64,000 nt of DNA from Eledone cirrhosa (lineage: Eukaryota): NCBI GenBank assembly GCA_964016885.1, contig OZ024747.1, positions 26,846,001-26,910,000 on the forward strand, given 5' to 3'. Below, piece by piece: positions 1 to 13,440 of the stretch. The position numbers and the translations under genes were made by a program. The stretch's first letter is position 1; each line of letters begins with the position of its first letter. The notes under the pieces are model-generated. The model saw only the letters and a program-made list of their open reading frames with translations. It had not been told where the DNA came from and did not search any database.

Positions 1-530
1 ACCTGTCTCATGGTCGGGTCGTTGGTGACTAAACTGACAACCCCACCAAGGTTTCTTGGTGAGGAGGGTGACTTTGGACATCCTGCAGGACTAAAAACAA
101 AACCTGTCAAAGGGCAAAGAGCTCTTAAGACTCAATGGCCATCCAAAATCACCGGGAGAGATGACCCCTTAGCCTTTGTCAACGCAGAATTCTAGGAGAA
201 GGAAAACTCTGATATAACACCTGCAACCCTGATGGTAAATATCATCTTGGTTAAGAGAGTGGGACTGGCTTTGTGCAGTGCCTTTGCTCACTATAAAAGC
301 TTCACGGCACAGGCATTGCTTTATATCTGGAGATATCTCTGCACTTGTCGTCACATGGTACCATGGGCCTAGCACTATGTGTCAATAATTGTCACAGTTG
401 TAGTGTTCGTACCAGAGTTTTCAAGTCGCTGGCTGGACTAAAAAGTCACACTCGTTTAGCGCATCGGTAGGAGTTCTCCTACATGGATATAAAGTAGTTG
501 CCATACTCGAAAAGGAGTTGGCAGCCACCA
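1..530 (+). mobile_element. Probable non-autonomous RTE-type element (5'UTR-like segment plus 3' Zn-finger remnant)
   Basis: ctaggagaaggaaaactct resembles RTE 5' regions. A C..C..FKSLAGLKSH-like remnant lies at about 380-460, and the element ends in (TA)n. Recognised by pattern only. Confidence 0.35.
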
Positions 531-944
531 TATGTATATATATGTATGTATGTATATATATATATGTATATGTATATATATATGTATATATATATATATG
601 TATATGTATATATATATGTATATATATAAATATATATGAACAATCGTCTGGTTGTGGAACCAACCAACCAACCGGAAATTTATAAATTCTTATATTTATA
701 AATTTAATTTATAATAAATTGAAGTGAAAGCAACTGGTGCGTGTGTTTCTTATTGGCAACATGACCCTCCCAAAGCATAACAACATCGGATCAATACACG
801 TTTTTAGATAAAGAATCTTGCTAAACAAATTCAAAAACGAAATATATATATATATATATTATATATATTATATATATATATATGTATATATATATATGTA
901 TATATATATATACATATATATATATATGTATATATATGTATATA

Positions 945-979
<35 letters not shown>

Positions 980-1894
980 ATGTATATATATATATGTATA
1001 TATATATATAGAGAGAGAGATGTATGTGTGTGTGTGTACATATGTATATACGGTGGTCGAGAGATTTGGATATTTGTTCTGTTCTGCATTTAAATCCTGC
1101 CGAAGTTCACTTTGCCCTTCATCCTTTCGGAGTCGATAAAGAAAGTACTAACATAGTGCTGATGCAGTTCTCGCTCCTTCTTGCTATCATATCCTCGATG
1201 TTCAGTCGGATTGGGGGAAGGAGGATCGAGAGAGTGTCCGTGTCTAAAGTCATTCTCGATTGTGTGTGAGCGACAGCTGTAGTTTAAGTATGTAAAATGT
1301 AAACTGAAAACAACACAGCGAAACGATACAGTAGAACCTAGACATGTAGTAGTTTAACGCTTGATATAGTAGGAAAACAGTCTTAACGTTTCGGGCGTTA
1401 GTCTTTCCTCGGAAGATAGAATGAGAAATCAAAGAAGAAATAGAAAGACAGCGGACAATGAGGCGAGGAAAGAAACGAAAACGAATTTTAGGGGAGAAAA
1501 GGCACACGTGTGTTCAGTTTGCGATTTTGGGGAGGTGCTTGTCAGAATGTATCATAGATATTACAAAGGGTTTGAAAGGAAGATAATCCGTGTCTATTTT
1601 GAGTGGATGTGTGTATGTATGCGTGCAAGCAAGAGAGAGAACTCTTATAACCTAAGCTGATTGAAGTGTTTTAAAACAATTTAAAACAATGCAGCGGGAA
1701 GTGAATATACTTCACTGAGGAGATCTAACATTGAAACATATTCGTTGCTTTCACCAAATTAACTTATAAACAAGATCCATTCTCACTACGTTGTCTTAAA
1801 TTGCTCTAAATGACTTGGATCAACCAAGGTTATATATTCTCTCCTATACACACACAACACGTATACATATGTGTCTAAATTAGAAATCATACTT

Positions 1895-2200
1895 CTTCTT
1901 GAGAGGGTCTTGAGGGAAGAGTCTTCAAACACTCCTAGCGAATCCTGTCAGAAGCAACCGTCTCCAAGCGAGACCAGCCAGGCTCATGGATGTTGTCCAA
2001 CCATCTTGCTCTGGGTCTCCTGCCGGCTGGTTTTGTCCGTAAAATCTGTGCAGCGATTCTTTCCTGAGACATTCTAACCACATGCCCGTAATATCGGGGT
2101 TGTGATCTAGGAATTCGGAATAGTTGTGACTCTACCTGGAGTGACTCTTTGATTGAGTAACGTTGCTCCAAAGACCCTTCGGAGGAACCTCATTTTATTA
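1895..2200 (-). mobile_element. RTE LINE 3' relic
   Basis: Minus strand YYGHVVRMSQERIAAQILRTKPAGRRPRARWLDNI, with (AAG)n tail. Confidence 0.7.
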
Positions 2201-2992
2201 TGGAGAAGCTATATTCTGTATATTCTTATCGACGTGAATATATGATTTAATTGATGGTTGTTCTTATTAGGTCAGTATTTATGTGCATAATGTTATAGCA
2301 TTAAAGTATTTAAATGTATAATATATTGTTGTTGTTTTTTCGGAAGTGATACTAAGACTTTTTAACTACTTTAGAAAAGTGAATTTTCAAAGAAAGACAA
2401 ATAAAGTGACTATTCGTGGTTATGATAGAGAATATATAATTCTATTTCCTTATAGGCGCTTTTCACCACTTCCGACAAGGGCATTCAATTGTTAATGTAC
2501 TCCACCATTACAACTCTCATTTCTGTGATTTGGTGTGACTTTATATTTGTTCTGAACGACAATAATAATGATATAGTTAAAGAAAATAATGTCTTCTAAT
2601 TGATGTATCAATCCCCACAGACGATAATATATCCTTCAAGAAAATGGAGAAATTATCTGAATATAAAGATCTGGTATAGAAATAACCCAAACGTGGATGA
2701 TGAAAACAGAAACAACCCCGATAATAATAGACGCTCTCGGAGCAAAAAACAAAGAAACACACAAAAAAAAAAAAACGACAGATACATAATCAAAACCTCA
2801 TATACAGCATACAGAAACTAGCATTACTAATCACTGCACACACCTAAGGTTGTGCTCGATAATGCTGTGACAACAAGGAATAATAATACGAATAATAATG
2901 ATAATAACAATATTTTTCAGAGTGACTATTACTTTTCCTGATAGTTCTTTATCATCACTGTTACACCAATATATGTCCTCGCCGACACAAAG

Positions 2993-3301
2993 GTGATCGA
3001 GGTGATTAGAGTAAAACAGGAGAACCGGTCCGGATCTGGAATGGAGCTCCTGTTCCAAGCGAACCAGAAGAGAATTCAAGAGATTCCAGAGGTGATAGAC
3101 CTTGATGGCGGCAGCCACCTCACCGTAATCGTTGAAGGTAGAAGGCCTAGGTTTGTCGTTTGTGGCGAGGGAACCCACCTAAAGGCTTTCTGCCCTCAGG
3201 GGATGGCTAAAAAATTAAGGACACCTCTCCTACCCACCCCACTGGCTCAACCATCAAAACCAGCAGCAACGGTAGCAAGACTCTTGCACCAATATCTTTA
3301 G
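2993..3301 (+). mobile_element. Non-LTR retrotransposon ORF1/gag-like fragment
   Basis: VIVEGRRPRFVVCGEGTHLKAFCP is a degenerate CCHC zinc knuckle. Confidence 0.55.
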
Positions 3302-3574
3302 TACTAAGAAAGGTAACAACGTGATATAATTGAGGAAGAGATGTTTCTAACCTATCCTTTTGCCACCTGTTATTTTATGGACGATTTGGAATTATTTGCA
3401 AAATCTGAAACGCAACTAAAGCTACTTGTACAGATTGTCCGAGAGTGCAACCAAGAAAAGGTATATTTGACAACATGAAAAGAGAAGAAAAGTCCCTTGT
3501 AATTGGCATCGAAAAATTGACTGACCATAATGATGGCGGTCACAAATATCTAGGAATCCTAGATATTGATGAGA

Positions 3575-4340
3575 CATCATTACCTAAGTTTGAGAGCTGT
3601 TCTTGAGTAATTTGGGACCATTGAGTTTAAAAATCACAATACTTTTATGAGCTTGTCCATATTGGCCCCACTTATACCAACAAGAGTTAATAATTTACGT
3701 TGATATTTTATTTTACCTATGTATTTAGACATCTTTTTATCTATCTTGACACACCAAGATATATAAATAATTATATCTAATAATTATTTTCCCTTTTTTC
3801 AGATTGACTTTAAGAAATATCACAGGTGTTCAGTATCATGGCTTCATTACGAAGAAAATATTTGCGCTCCCCTGACTCTTTTTCCTGTATATGTGGTAGT
3901 TTTACAGTACCAAGTCAAAGAATGAACATAAGTGAATGTGTGAAAAGAACATACTTGGCTTACTTTAAGCTTAAACTTGGTGATCAGGATAAATCGTGGG
4001 CCTCGCACAATGTATGTAAACCATGTGTCGAAAATCTACGCCAATGGACAAAGGGCACAAGGAAACAACTAACATTTTGCATTCCTAATGGTACGGCGGG
4101 AGTCAAAGAGCCATGCAGAAGATTGCTACTTTTGTCTCACTTAGACTTCTGGTTATAGGTAGAAAACTCGACAGAAAATAAGTTATCCAAATCTGGATTC
4201 AGCAATTCGTCCCGTGCTTCACTCAGATGAAAACCTGATGTGTTAGAAAAAAACGGATGCCATATCTGAAATCAGCACCTCAAAATTAGCTTAAAAAAAT
4301 ATAACAAAACCTAAGCCAGCAAAAACTGTGTTCACCAGTG
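3575..4340 (+). mobile_element. Chapaev3-type DNA transposon, internally deleted
   Basis: N-terminal transposase SPDSFSCICG..LGDQDKSWASHNVCKPC..LRQW..IPMVRRE..DCYFC. Right terminus ..tgttcaccagtg|taa (CAC-type TIR, TWA target). Left TIR not found. Confidence 0.7.
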
Positions 4341-5494
4341 TAATGATTTGCCTTTTACTATTGAAAAAAAAAAAAAAAAAAAGATGCTAGTGATTAAACA
4401 CTTGCAACATTATCACAAGATGGTTGACCTGCAGCATTTTTCTCATGGTCTGAAAAATACTTTAGAAATGTCGAAAAATACATGTATGTAGTTATAGAAA
4501 TTGTGAGAAAATGGAAACATTTCCTAATGGAAAATTCTAATTTCAGGAAGTTCGTTTCATTCATATTTGGCAATAATAACCATGGAAAAATAGAGAATGA
4601 TACGATCCCACGCTGGAGAATTGGTCATTCTCTACTTTCATTAATTCTAAATTATAAACCTGGCCCAGAGGATCTTTCGGCTGAGAATCTCTCATATTTA
4701 TGCTGATTACTACACCCTGGTACAAGAAAATTGCTTACATTTTACAAAAATACAACGGTTTTGCATCTCATTCCTTTGAATGCTCGTCAATAGATTTTAA
4801 AACGTCTTCCTTTTTCTGACAATCTGAATATACACTTACTATAATCAACTCTCGTCTTTCATTCACCTACCAAATAACGTCTGGAGTACGATTGAGTAGT
4901 CCAAGTGATGACGATAATAAATATTTAAGAATCCTAGACATTGATGAGAAATTGCATGGGTCAATGAAGGACAATATAAAAAACATATTTACACGGGCTA
5001 AAACTTCTGAAGTCCAAACTGCATTGCAAAGAAACTTAATTCTTGCTGTATAAGGTTAGTAATATCTTTTTTATTTCTGGGCGACTACCATTTATTTCAT
5101 TAAGATGTGTGTGTGTGTGTGTCTGGGGGCGCCATCGTATTTATCAAGGGGAAGCAATTCCTAAATAGACATTCACCAATTGGAAACCACTGGTATATAC
5201 ATATATATTAGTATGTGTGTCTAAAGATGGAGTAACTAAAGACAAGATATGGAAAATAAAACAAAATTAAAACGAATTTGGTCAACGAAGTGATTCGTAT
5301 TCGAGATTCTCCATAGTAAAGTGAAGTCTCTGTGATATAGGCGTAGGTGGATTATGGGAAAAAGAGGTTTGGATCTGTTTTGCGATTTTCTCGAAACACA
5401 GTAGGCTTATTTACCCTTTCGGGTTAACGACGACTTTGGATTAAATTATATGCACTCCACTAACAGTCCGAATTGTGAACACAGCTCAGGTTTG

Positions 5495-6100
5495 TCGTTG
5501 AACTTGTTGCAGTGGAGACTTCTGGCGTTCTTTGTCCCCGAACCATCTCACTACTATCGGGGTGGAGTTAGCCACCCGCAGAAGTAATCTCCAAGAGTTG
5601 GAATGGCTATTTCAACACGTATCCTCCGGGATAACGCTTTCTCCGTTATGTCAGCTGGGACCGGCTCGCGACTGGGGTTCTGCACACCAGAGAGCGTTCT
5701 CCTACACTGTCCGGGCTTGTATCAATAGGATAGCAATGGGTTAAAGGGTAAATTCATTTCAAATAAAGTCCTTTGTCGTGAGAACTTTGGGGACTACCGG
5801 TATACGAGGTTTGTCCCAAAAGTAAGGGTACTGATGTTAACCCAGGTTCTGTTGCACTTCGGGCTGAGGAAGGTAAACTCTCCAAGTATCGGTCTCTCTC
5901 CGACAGATTTGCAGTCGAGCCCCTAGCAGTGGAGACTTCTGGTGTCCTCGGCCCTAGGGCTACCTCCCTACTTACCACCATAGGCGCTGAGCTGGCTAGC
6001 CACGGGTGTGAGTCTCGCGAGATAGAGTGGCTCTTCCAGTGCATCTCCCTTACCATCCTCCGGGGAAACGCCTTCTCCATTCTGTCCGCCGGGGCTGTGG
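5495..6100 (+). mobile_element. CRE-like non-LTR element, restriction-like endonuclease C-terminus (two tandem fragments)
   Basis: KYRSLSDRFAVEPLAVETSGVLG..WLFQCISLTILRGNAFSIL, the typical REL-endonuclease end. Confidence 0.7.
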
Positions 6101-6269
6101 GGCGGCCAGTACCTGGGAGCCCATTTGCTCATAATAGAAAAAGATGGGGAGGGCGAGAGAGATTGAGGCAATGACAGTGGGAATTCGGTTCTTCCGTGTT
6201 CGGACCTGGTGTGCAGCGTCAGTTGTCTGTAAGAAGGTAGTGATTGATTTAAATGTCTATCAGATGTAC

Positions 6270-6850
6270 ATGAAATTACAAGTTATCTCCTTTAAAATAC
6301 GACCCTTAGGAAGTCACTCAGTGGTTCCAACGTTTTTTTCCATTGATCGTACCAGTACCGGGTGCCGTCTTCTGTGGATGTCCTTAGCTCGGCTTTAACA
6401 ATTTTTCGTATGGTTTCCACAGTCCCAAATGGTGACCCTTCAACTTCGATTTTAACTTAGGGAAGAGGTAGAAATCACATGGCGCTAGATCTGGGATCTA
6501 GGGACGATGTGGAAGAGTGGGAACGCTTTTTCTTCGCCAGAAATTCTCAAATTGAAATTGTTGTGTGAGAAGGTACGTTATCGTGATGCAGTCCCCAATC
6601 TCCTACAATGTCCTTTTGAATTCCCTGGACCCTCTTTTCAAAGTCGTTTTATGACATCTTTGTAGAAGGTGAGATTAACTGTCTATCCTTGGGGTAAACA
6701 TTTTTTTGTGAACAATACCACGACTGTCGAAAAGAATGAAAATTATCGTTTTCATTCAAGATCTGCTCATGCATGCTTCCTTTGAACGGGGTAATTTTTC
6801 GTTTGCCCCTCCTCACTTTGTCGTTTTGTTTCTGGATCGTGATCGAACAC
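6270..6850 (-). mobile_element. Mariner transposase relic
   Basis: Minus strand DLAPCDFYLFPKLKSKLKGH, the mariner (Y)SPDLAPxD region. Confidence 0.75.
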
Positions 6851-6885
6851 CGATAATTCATCTTTTGTTATTACTTTATCCAAAA

Positions 6886-7100
6886 GGGCGGTGGATTGGC
6901 AGTATCAGCAGAGCGTCAGACACCATGCTTTGCAGCATAAAGTTATGACCCTTTTCGTTCTCAGTTCAAATCCATCCTAGGTGAGCTTTGCCTTTCATCC
7001 TTACGAGGTCGATAAAATAAAGTACCAGTAACGCACTGGGGTCGATTTAATCGACTTTCTTCTCCCCAAAATTAATGGCATTGTGCCTAAATCAGAAACC
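6886..7100 (+). mobile_element. Meta/MESC-like SINE
   Basis: Same family as 62803. Confidence 0.82.
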
Positions 7101-7681
7101 GTTAATACTTAATCCAATAAATTTGGCACTATTTCATATCTTTCAAAATTTCGACGGAGTAAAATTTAATAAGCGAGGGGAGGGGTGGAATAAGAGCGGG
7201 GGTTGTGGTTAGAATAATAGTGGAGCGGAGCGGGGGATGAGGGGCCTGGAAAATTAATAAGTGGGGTGGGGCGATTATTCGAGACCCGAGAGTACATGAT
7301 GTACACACACACACACACACATACACAAACGCATATGTTACAACAAATTTAAAATGTTTGCACATGCACGTGCTTTCGTTTTTTTCTAAATAGGTACTTC
7401 ACATTCATACACGTCGATGCGTTTAAAAGTGTGTGTGTGTGCGTGTAGGTAAGTGTATGTGTGTGTGTGTGAGTACGTGTGCTCACATTATCGTAGTGTA
7501 ATACTAATATATAAATGCATGTCTGTAAAATTTCACTTCGTGATAGTTTGAATACATCTGTGCACGCGCTTGAACGCATGTCTACCTGCCTGCATGCTTA
7601 TTTCTATGCATGTATGACTGTTATTGAGTGGGCTGAGAACCATATATTAATGTATGCACTGTCTGTTGCCACATGTATGCA

Positions 7682-7684
<3 letters not shown>

Positions 7685-7728
<44 letters not shown>

Positions 7729-7808
7729 TTACACTTGGGGAGGGTCATATTGTTATAATATTGCCAGAAATAATAACAGAATGCACTCACGGCACTAGCA
7801 TATATATT

Positions 7809-7897
<89 letters not shown>

Positions 7898-8040
7898 ATA
7901 CACACACACACACACACATACATGTATGAATGTATGTATATATATACACAGATATACATATATTTACATATAAATACACACACACATATATATATATATA
8001 CATACATTTATATATAAATACATATATACATACATACATT
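7685..8040. repeat. (TA)n/(TG)n/(CA)n compound microsatellite (similar tracts at 531-638, 842-1050, 11720-11932, 23528-23790, 24190-24265)
   Basis: Seen directly. These tracts explain the many YIYI/HTHT ORFs in the ORF track. Confidence 0.95.
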
Positions 8041-8041
8041 G

Positions 8042-8881
8042 TAGAAACACCAGGACTCTGGCTTTACTGTAGCACCGGCTCAGAGCAGGAGAGTTAGGGC
8101 GAAAAAGGTATCGGATGCTGAATTTGCCGACGACATAGTTTTGGTGACAAATACAGTGAAGGAGGCAGAGGATTTGATGCGGGAGGTTGAGACTGTGTCG
8201 ATGAGTGTGGGGCTGAGAATGAATGAAACTAAAACAAAATATCTGGTAGAGAATGTTGAGAAGCAAGAGGCGATCACTAATGTAGGCGGGAAGCCGCTGG
8301 AATTGGTTGAGGACTTCCTGTATTTGGGAGCAAAGATTGGGAATACGGAAGATGATGTGGTTGAGAGGAAGAACAAGGCCTGGGCGGCGTGCCACAGCTT
8401 GAGATCGGTGTGGAAGTCGGACCTTCGTAGAGACCTGAAAGTCCGCCTATTCATTGCTGTAGTGGAGTCTCTGCTGCTGTATGGGTCTGAGATTTGGACA
8501 CTGACCAAGATACTCACTCAGATGGTGGATGGGTGCTACACGAGAATGCAGAGGATGGCTCTGAACATTAATCAGTATACACTGAGGATGAAAAACTCAG
8601 AGCTGTATGGGAGCATCCCAAAAGTCAGCTCAAAAATGACACAGAGGAGACTGAGGTTAGCTGGACATGCTCACCGACATCCAGAGTTGACATTGCACTC
8701 AGTGCTCCTTTGGGAGCCGCTACATGGGCACACTAGAAGAGGAAGACCAAGGTTAACGTATGTTGATGCCCTAAGGACAGACACTGGTCTGTTGGAGACG
8801 CAGGACATGGCAGCGATAATGAGGGACAGAGACCGCTGGAGAGAACTCGTCCATGGATCTCGGGAATTTTACCCGCCTTAG
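8042..8881 (+). mobile_element. RTE-clade LINE 3' fragment (second family)
   Basis: EFADDIVL, FLYLG, LLYGSEIWTL, RRLRLAGH, RRGRPRLTY in an open frame, inserted in (TA)n. Confidence 0.88.
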
Positions 8882-8915
<34 letters not shown>

Positions 8916-9252
8916 ATGTATGTATGTTATATACTATATCTATTTCTTGCAATATATATTTATAGATATTATCAATGTCAGAACGTCAGATTGTATGGGC
9001 GTGAAGTTATGTGTTTCTGTGTATTTGTGTGTAGGTGTATAGATAGATAAATACATGTTGTATGTGTATGTATTTGTGTGTGAGAGTGGGTTGGAGATAG
9101 ATAGCTATAGAGACATAGAGATAGTGTGTATGTATTTGTGTGTGTGTATAGATCCGTAAAATATTTAGTATACACATTGAAAACATCAACACGTTATGTA
9201 TGCGTTTAGACATGCTGTAAACATTAATAAAACCAATGATTGTTTATAGAGA

Positions 9253-9293
<41 letters not shown>

Positions 9294-9486
9294 ATGTGTG
9301 TGTGTGTATATATACATATATATATATACATACATACATACATATGTAAACACATACACGTACATACATACATACCATCATACACACACATACAGCAAGG
9401 TCAACACAAAAAGAAAAAAGACAGAGAGCACAGAAAGATAGGTGCTATTAGTAGACAGTTTAAATGGAAAAGTAAATGAAAGAGTG

Positions 9487-9525
9487 GATTCGACGTTTCG
9501 GGCGTTGGCCCTTCACCAGAAAGGG
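9487..9525 (-). ncRNA. Minimal hammerhead motif, degenerate core
   Basis: Minus strand ttt-CTGGTGA-a-gggc-caac-gccc-GAAA-cgtc-gaa. A6G substitution in the core. Confidence 0.45.
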
Positions 9526-9794
9526 AAGAATGGGATAAGGAATGAGTGGGGGCAAAGAAATTGAATAAGAAAAAAACCCCACCCTTGTTGTCAAGAACTG
9601 CTCTGCTATATATAGTGACCAATAACTCATGATATCACCAACTGTTATATATATTGTAGGGCTAAATGAGTAACTGTCATTTGCCTAACAACGGCTAGCG
9701 AGATGAAATCACCAAAATATCTAGATATTCTGCAAAAGAAACTTGTGGTAAATATTATACTCATATCATATAAATAAACACATTTATATATAAA

Positions 9795-10434
9795 TAATTG
9801 TTTCTACTTTTGGCACAAGGCCAGCAATTACCCAGTAGATTACTGGTACTTTATTTTATCGACCCCATAAGGATGAAAGGCAAAGTTAACCTCGGCGGGA
9901 TTTGAACTCAGAATGGCAAGGGCCGTAACTATATACATCAAAGCATGGCGTCCGACCCTCTACCGATACTGAGGCACAAGACCAACAATTCTGGGGGAGG
10001 GGAAAGTCGATTAAATCGACCTCAGTGCGTGACTGGTACTTTATTTTATTGACCCCGTAAGGATGAAAGGCAAAGTTAACCTCGGCAGGATTTGAACTCA
10101 GACCGTAAAGGACCGTAACTCTATGCTGCAAAGCAGGGCGACCGACCTTCTAACGATACAGCCAATCCAAATAATAATAATGAAATTATTGTGTACAGTG
10201 CTCAGGTGCACGACAACTCATCAAAGATGCATGTATAGTACATAGAATAATTGTTTCTACTTTTGGCACAAGGCCAGCAATTATCCCAGTGCATTACTAA
10301 TACTTTATTTTATCGTAAGGATGACAGGCAAAGTTTACCTCGGCGGGATTTGAACTCAGAATGGCAAGGGCCGTAACTCTATGCGTCAAAGCATGGTGTC
10401 CGACCCTCTACCGATACTGCCAATCCACCGCCCC
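9795..10434 (-). mobile_element. Three adjacent Meta/MESC-like SINE copies
   Basis: Copies at about 9795-9970, 9971-10168 and 10252-10434, all on the minus strand. Confidence 0.85.
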
Positions 10435-11048
10435 TTATAGTTCATAGAATAATGTACAAATGTCGGGAAAGTGAACAGTGTATGTATATACATGTGTGTA
10501 TGGGGGGGGGGGGATATCAGGTGTAGTGTTAGCGAATTTCAGGAAGATCGGAGGTTTTAAAGGATGCAGTATCCCGGCAGCTAACAACTGATGCAGGTAG
10601 TTTGTTCCATGCTTTAGCAACTCTGAGAGTGAAAAAGTGTTTCCGAAAGTCATGGAAGCTGTGCTGTTTTCTGACTTTGTGGGCATGCCCACGGGTGTTA
10701 GACACATGGAATTCAAAAAGGTGCTCAGGGTTGTTGTTGGTAAGATGATTAATAATTTTGTGGGTGTTTACCAAGTCAGTTGCCAGACGTCGGAGCTTCA
10801 ATGAATCCATGCCCAGGGAAGCAAGGCGCTCAGAGTATGGTAGATGCCTGATGGAGGGTATTCGCTTGGTTGCACGTCTCTGAACAGTTTCCAGGCGGTC
10901 AATGTCCTGAGCAAGATAGGGGTTCCAGACTGGTGATGCAAATTCTAAGTGTGGCCGCACCATAGCTATATACAGCTTTAAATAGATAGCTGGAGAGCGG
11001 CTGACAAATGTCTTGCTGAGTGATGCCAAGACACCCTCAGCCTTTTGA
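10169..11048 (-). mobile_element. CR1-like LINE 3' fragment with nested SINE
   Basis: ORF 10529-11029 matches the C-terminus of the 711-aa ORF. The 3' UTR is interrupted by a SINE at about 10252-10434 with an 18-bp TSD. Confidence 0.9.
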
Positions 11049-11406
11049 TTATCTTCTCCTTCTAACTACACAATTACGTCGTCGTCTTCTTCTTCTTCTT
11101 CTTCTTGAATATAGCTGTCATCACACTGATTATATCGTCCTCCCTCAGAATTCCTTTCATTACTTCCATTATCTGTTGAAATCTAGCTACACATAGACTC
11201 ACCACAACGCAGCTGAAGGGTTATTTATCCTTTTGGTAATTTACGACCCCAGTTCTGTATGGGGTACATGAATCCAGATTCACTAATTGACACATAGATA
11301 TCTTTCTTTATAGATAGCGCCTCGCTCCGCAAAGTGTAAACACAATGGCTGGGAAAGACCCTTTGGTAACTTATATGTCAGCTGGGCGCACGAACAGAAG
11401 GACGTG

Positions 11407-11438
<32 letters not shown>

Positions 11439-11757
11439 TGCTTGCGGCATATCACAATATCGGATTTTATCTGAGGATACCGTTCTTATAACAACAAATG
11501 CATGAATTACATCTTGGATTGCATAAGAGAACCGTTGAAATAATTATTATGAATAAACAATTTATATAACATCAGCATCTTACTTAATGTTATATATATA
11601 TAAACAAGAAGTGTAAGTCAACAGGGTAAAATTAGCTTCGTTTATTCATATTCGTTGGTATATATATTTTAGTGATAGCCATTATTCAACAGCTATGACC
11701 TCATCAGGCAGTAAGAACTTGAACACACACACATATATATATATATATGTGCATATC

Positions 11758-11814
<57 letters not shown>

Positions 11815-12144
11815 TTATATATATTTATGTATGTATATATATATATATATTTATGTATGTATATATATATATATATTTATATACATATATATAAATATAC
11901 ATATATACATATATATATATATACATATATATAATGTAGGAGGTGAGTTTTATTGTAGTACAATAAAGCAATGCAGATATCGGATAAGAAGCACTCTACA
12001 GTTTGTTGGACTGGAGTATGCATGTATCATGTTCTCCTGTTTTATCTGATGAAAACACAAATATTATTGCATGATGATGTTTGTTTTTGAAATGCGCATA
12101 ATAAAATATATGGAACTCCTTTAACCATCTTTTGATCTTATATT

Positions 12145-12181
<37 letters not shown>

Positions 12182-13043
12182 CATAGATCTGTATTTAGTT
12201 ATTAGCATGTATGTAAAAGTTTATTATACTTTCAATCTATTTCTAACAAGGGGCGGGACAGATAAAATACTCTTTTCTTATATAAACAAAGGCTGGCATA
12301 TCGATCTGCAATCGATATAGCCATCAATGGTAAATTTTTGAGAAAACAAAGTGAACAACTATTTATTCTTTAAATGATTTCAACATGTGTTAGGTATTTC
12401 ATTAATCAATCAATCAATCAATGATAAAATATGTTTTTAGACCGTAAAGTCCAAGATACTTTGTAATCATGTGTCTGTATGTGTGTATGTGTGAGTGTGT
12501 GTATGTGAGTGTGTATGTGTGAGTGAGTGTGTATGTGTGTGTGTGGGAATATGTGTATGCGTGTATGTGTGGAGACACATAAATCTTGTGTGCGTGCGTG
12601 TGTGTGGGGGGACACATAACTATTGTGCATGTGTGAGTGTGTCTGTGTGTGGAGACACATAACTCTTGTGAGTGTGTGTATGTGTGTGAGTGTGTGTGTA
12701 TGAAGACACATAACTCTTGATAGAGTCATAGGGAGGGGGGGGGGTTAAAACAAGTAAAAGAATAAAATAAAATAAAATAAATCAATGAATTCATATTTAT
12801 TTCATATAATATCAAAATGAATCAGCTTAACGTTTTATATAGATATATTTATCAATATATATTTTTTATCAGTAAAACTATTGTATTTTTTGTTTTTTAC
12901 TGGTTTCAGTCATTGGATAGCAGTCATGTACAGACTTTAATGGTTTTAGTCAAGTATACCAACTCCAGTACTTTTTTTATTGATCTCTATCGAACAGTGT
13001 GGTTACATTTTTGACAATAAGAAAATCAACTGGTGAAAATAAA

Positions 13044-13045
<2 letters not shown>

Positions 13046-13138
<93 letters not shown>
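13046..13138. repeat. (CA)n microsatellite
   Basis: Pure CA run. Confidence 0.97.
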
Positions 13139-13142
<4 letters not shown>

Positions 13143-13440
13143 ACACATGACAATCTTCCATGCAGTTTCCATCTATCAAATTTCCCTCACAATGCTTTGG
13201 TCGATCTGAGGCTGCATATGAAGTAACTTGCAGAAGGTGCCACACAATGGAATGGAACCCAGAACTACATGGTTGAATAGAGAATTAAAACTATACAGTG
13301 GGCCAACGTTTTTTTTTTTTTATAAACATAGTGTATACATACATGTCTTGGTGTGTATGTGCATGTTGTTGACTGAATAGAGCTATGATCAAAGACATTC
13401 CAACTGTGACCACCTCGTCTTTTTAGAGATTTATCTATGA

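Noticed and set aside
421-1139. Many ORFs rich in YI/HT/VC dipeptides here and throughout the window
   Set aside because: They are translations of (TA)n/(CA)n/(TG)n microsatellites, not genes.
11345-11490. Short ORF MAGKDPLVTYMSAGRTNRR resembling the PKA-inhibitor motif (GRTGRRNA)
   Set aside because: It lacks the NA(I/L) pseudosubstrate residues, runs into a (TTTTG)n tract, and has no convincing donor after the motif.
11665-11712. CTGATGA plus hairpin on the minus strand (possible hammerhead)
   Set aside because: GAAA is replaced by AAAA and no stem I/III can be drawn. At best a dead relic.
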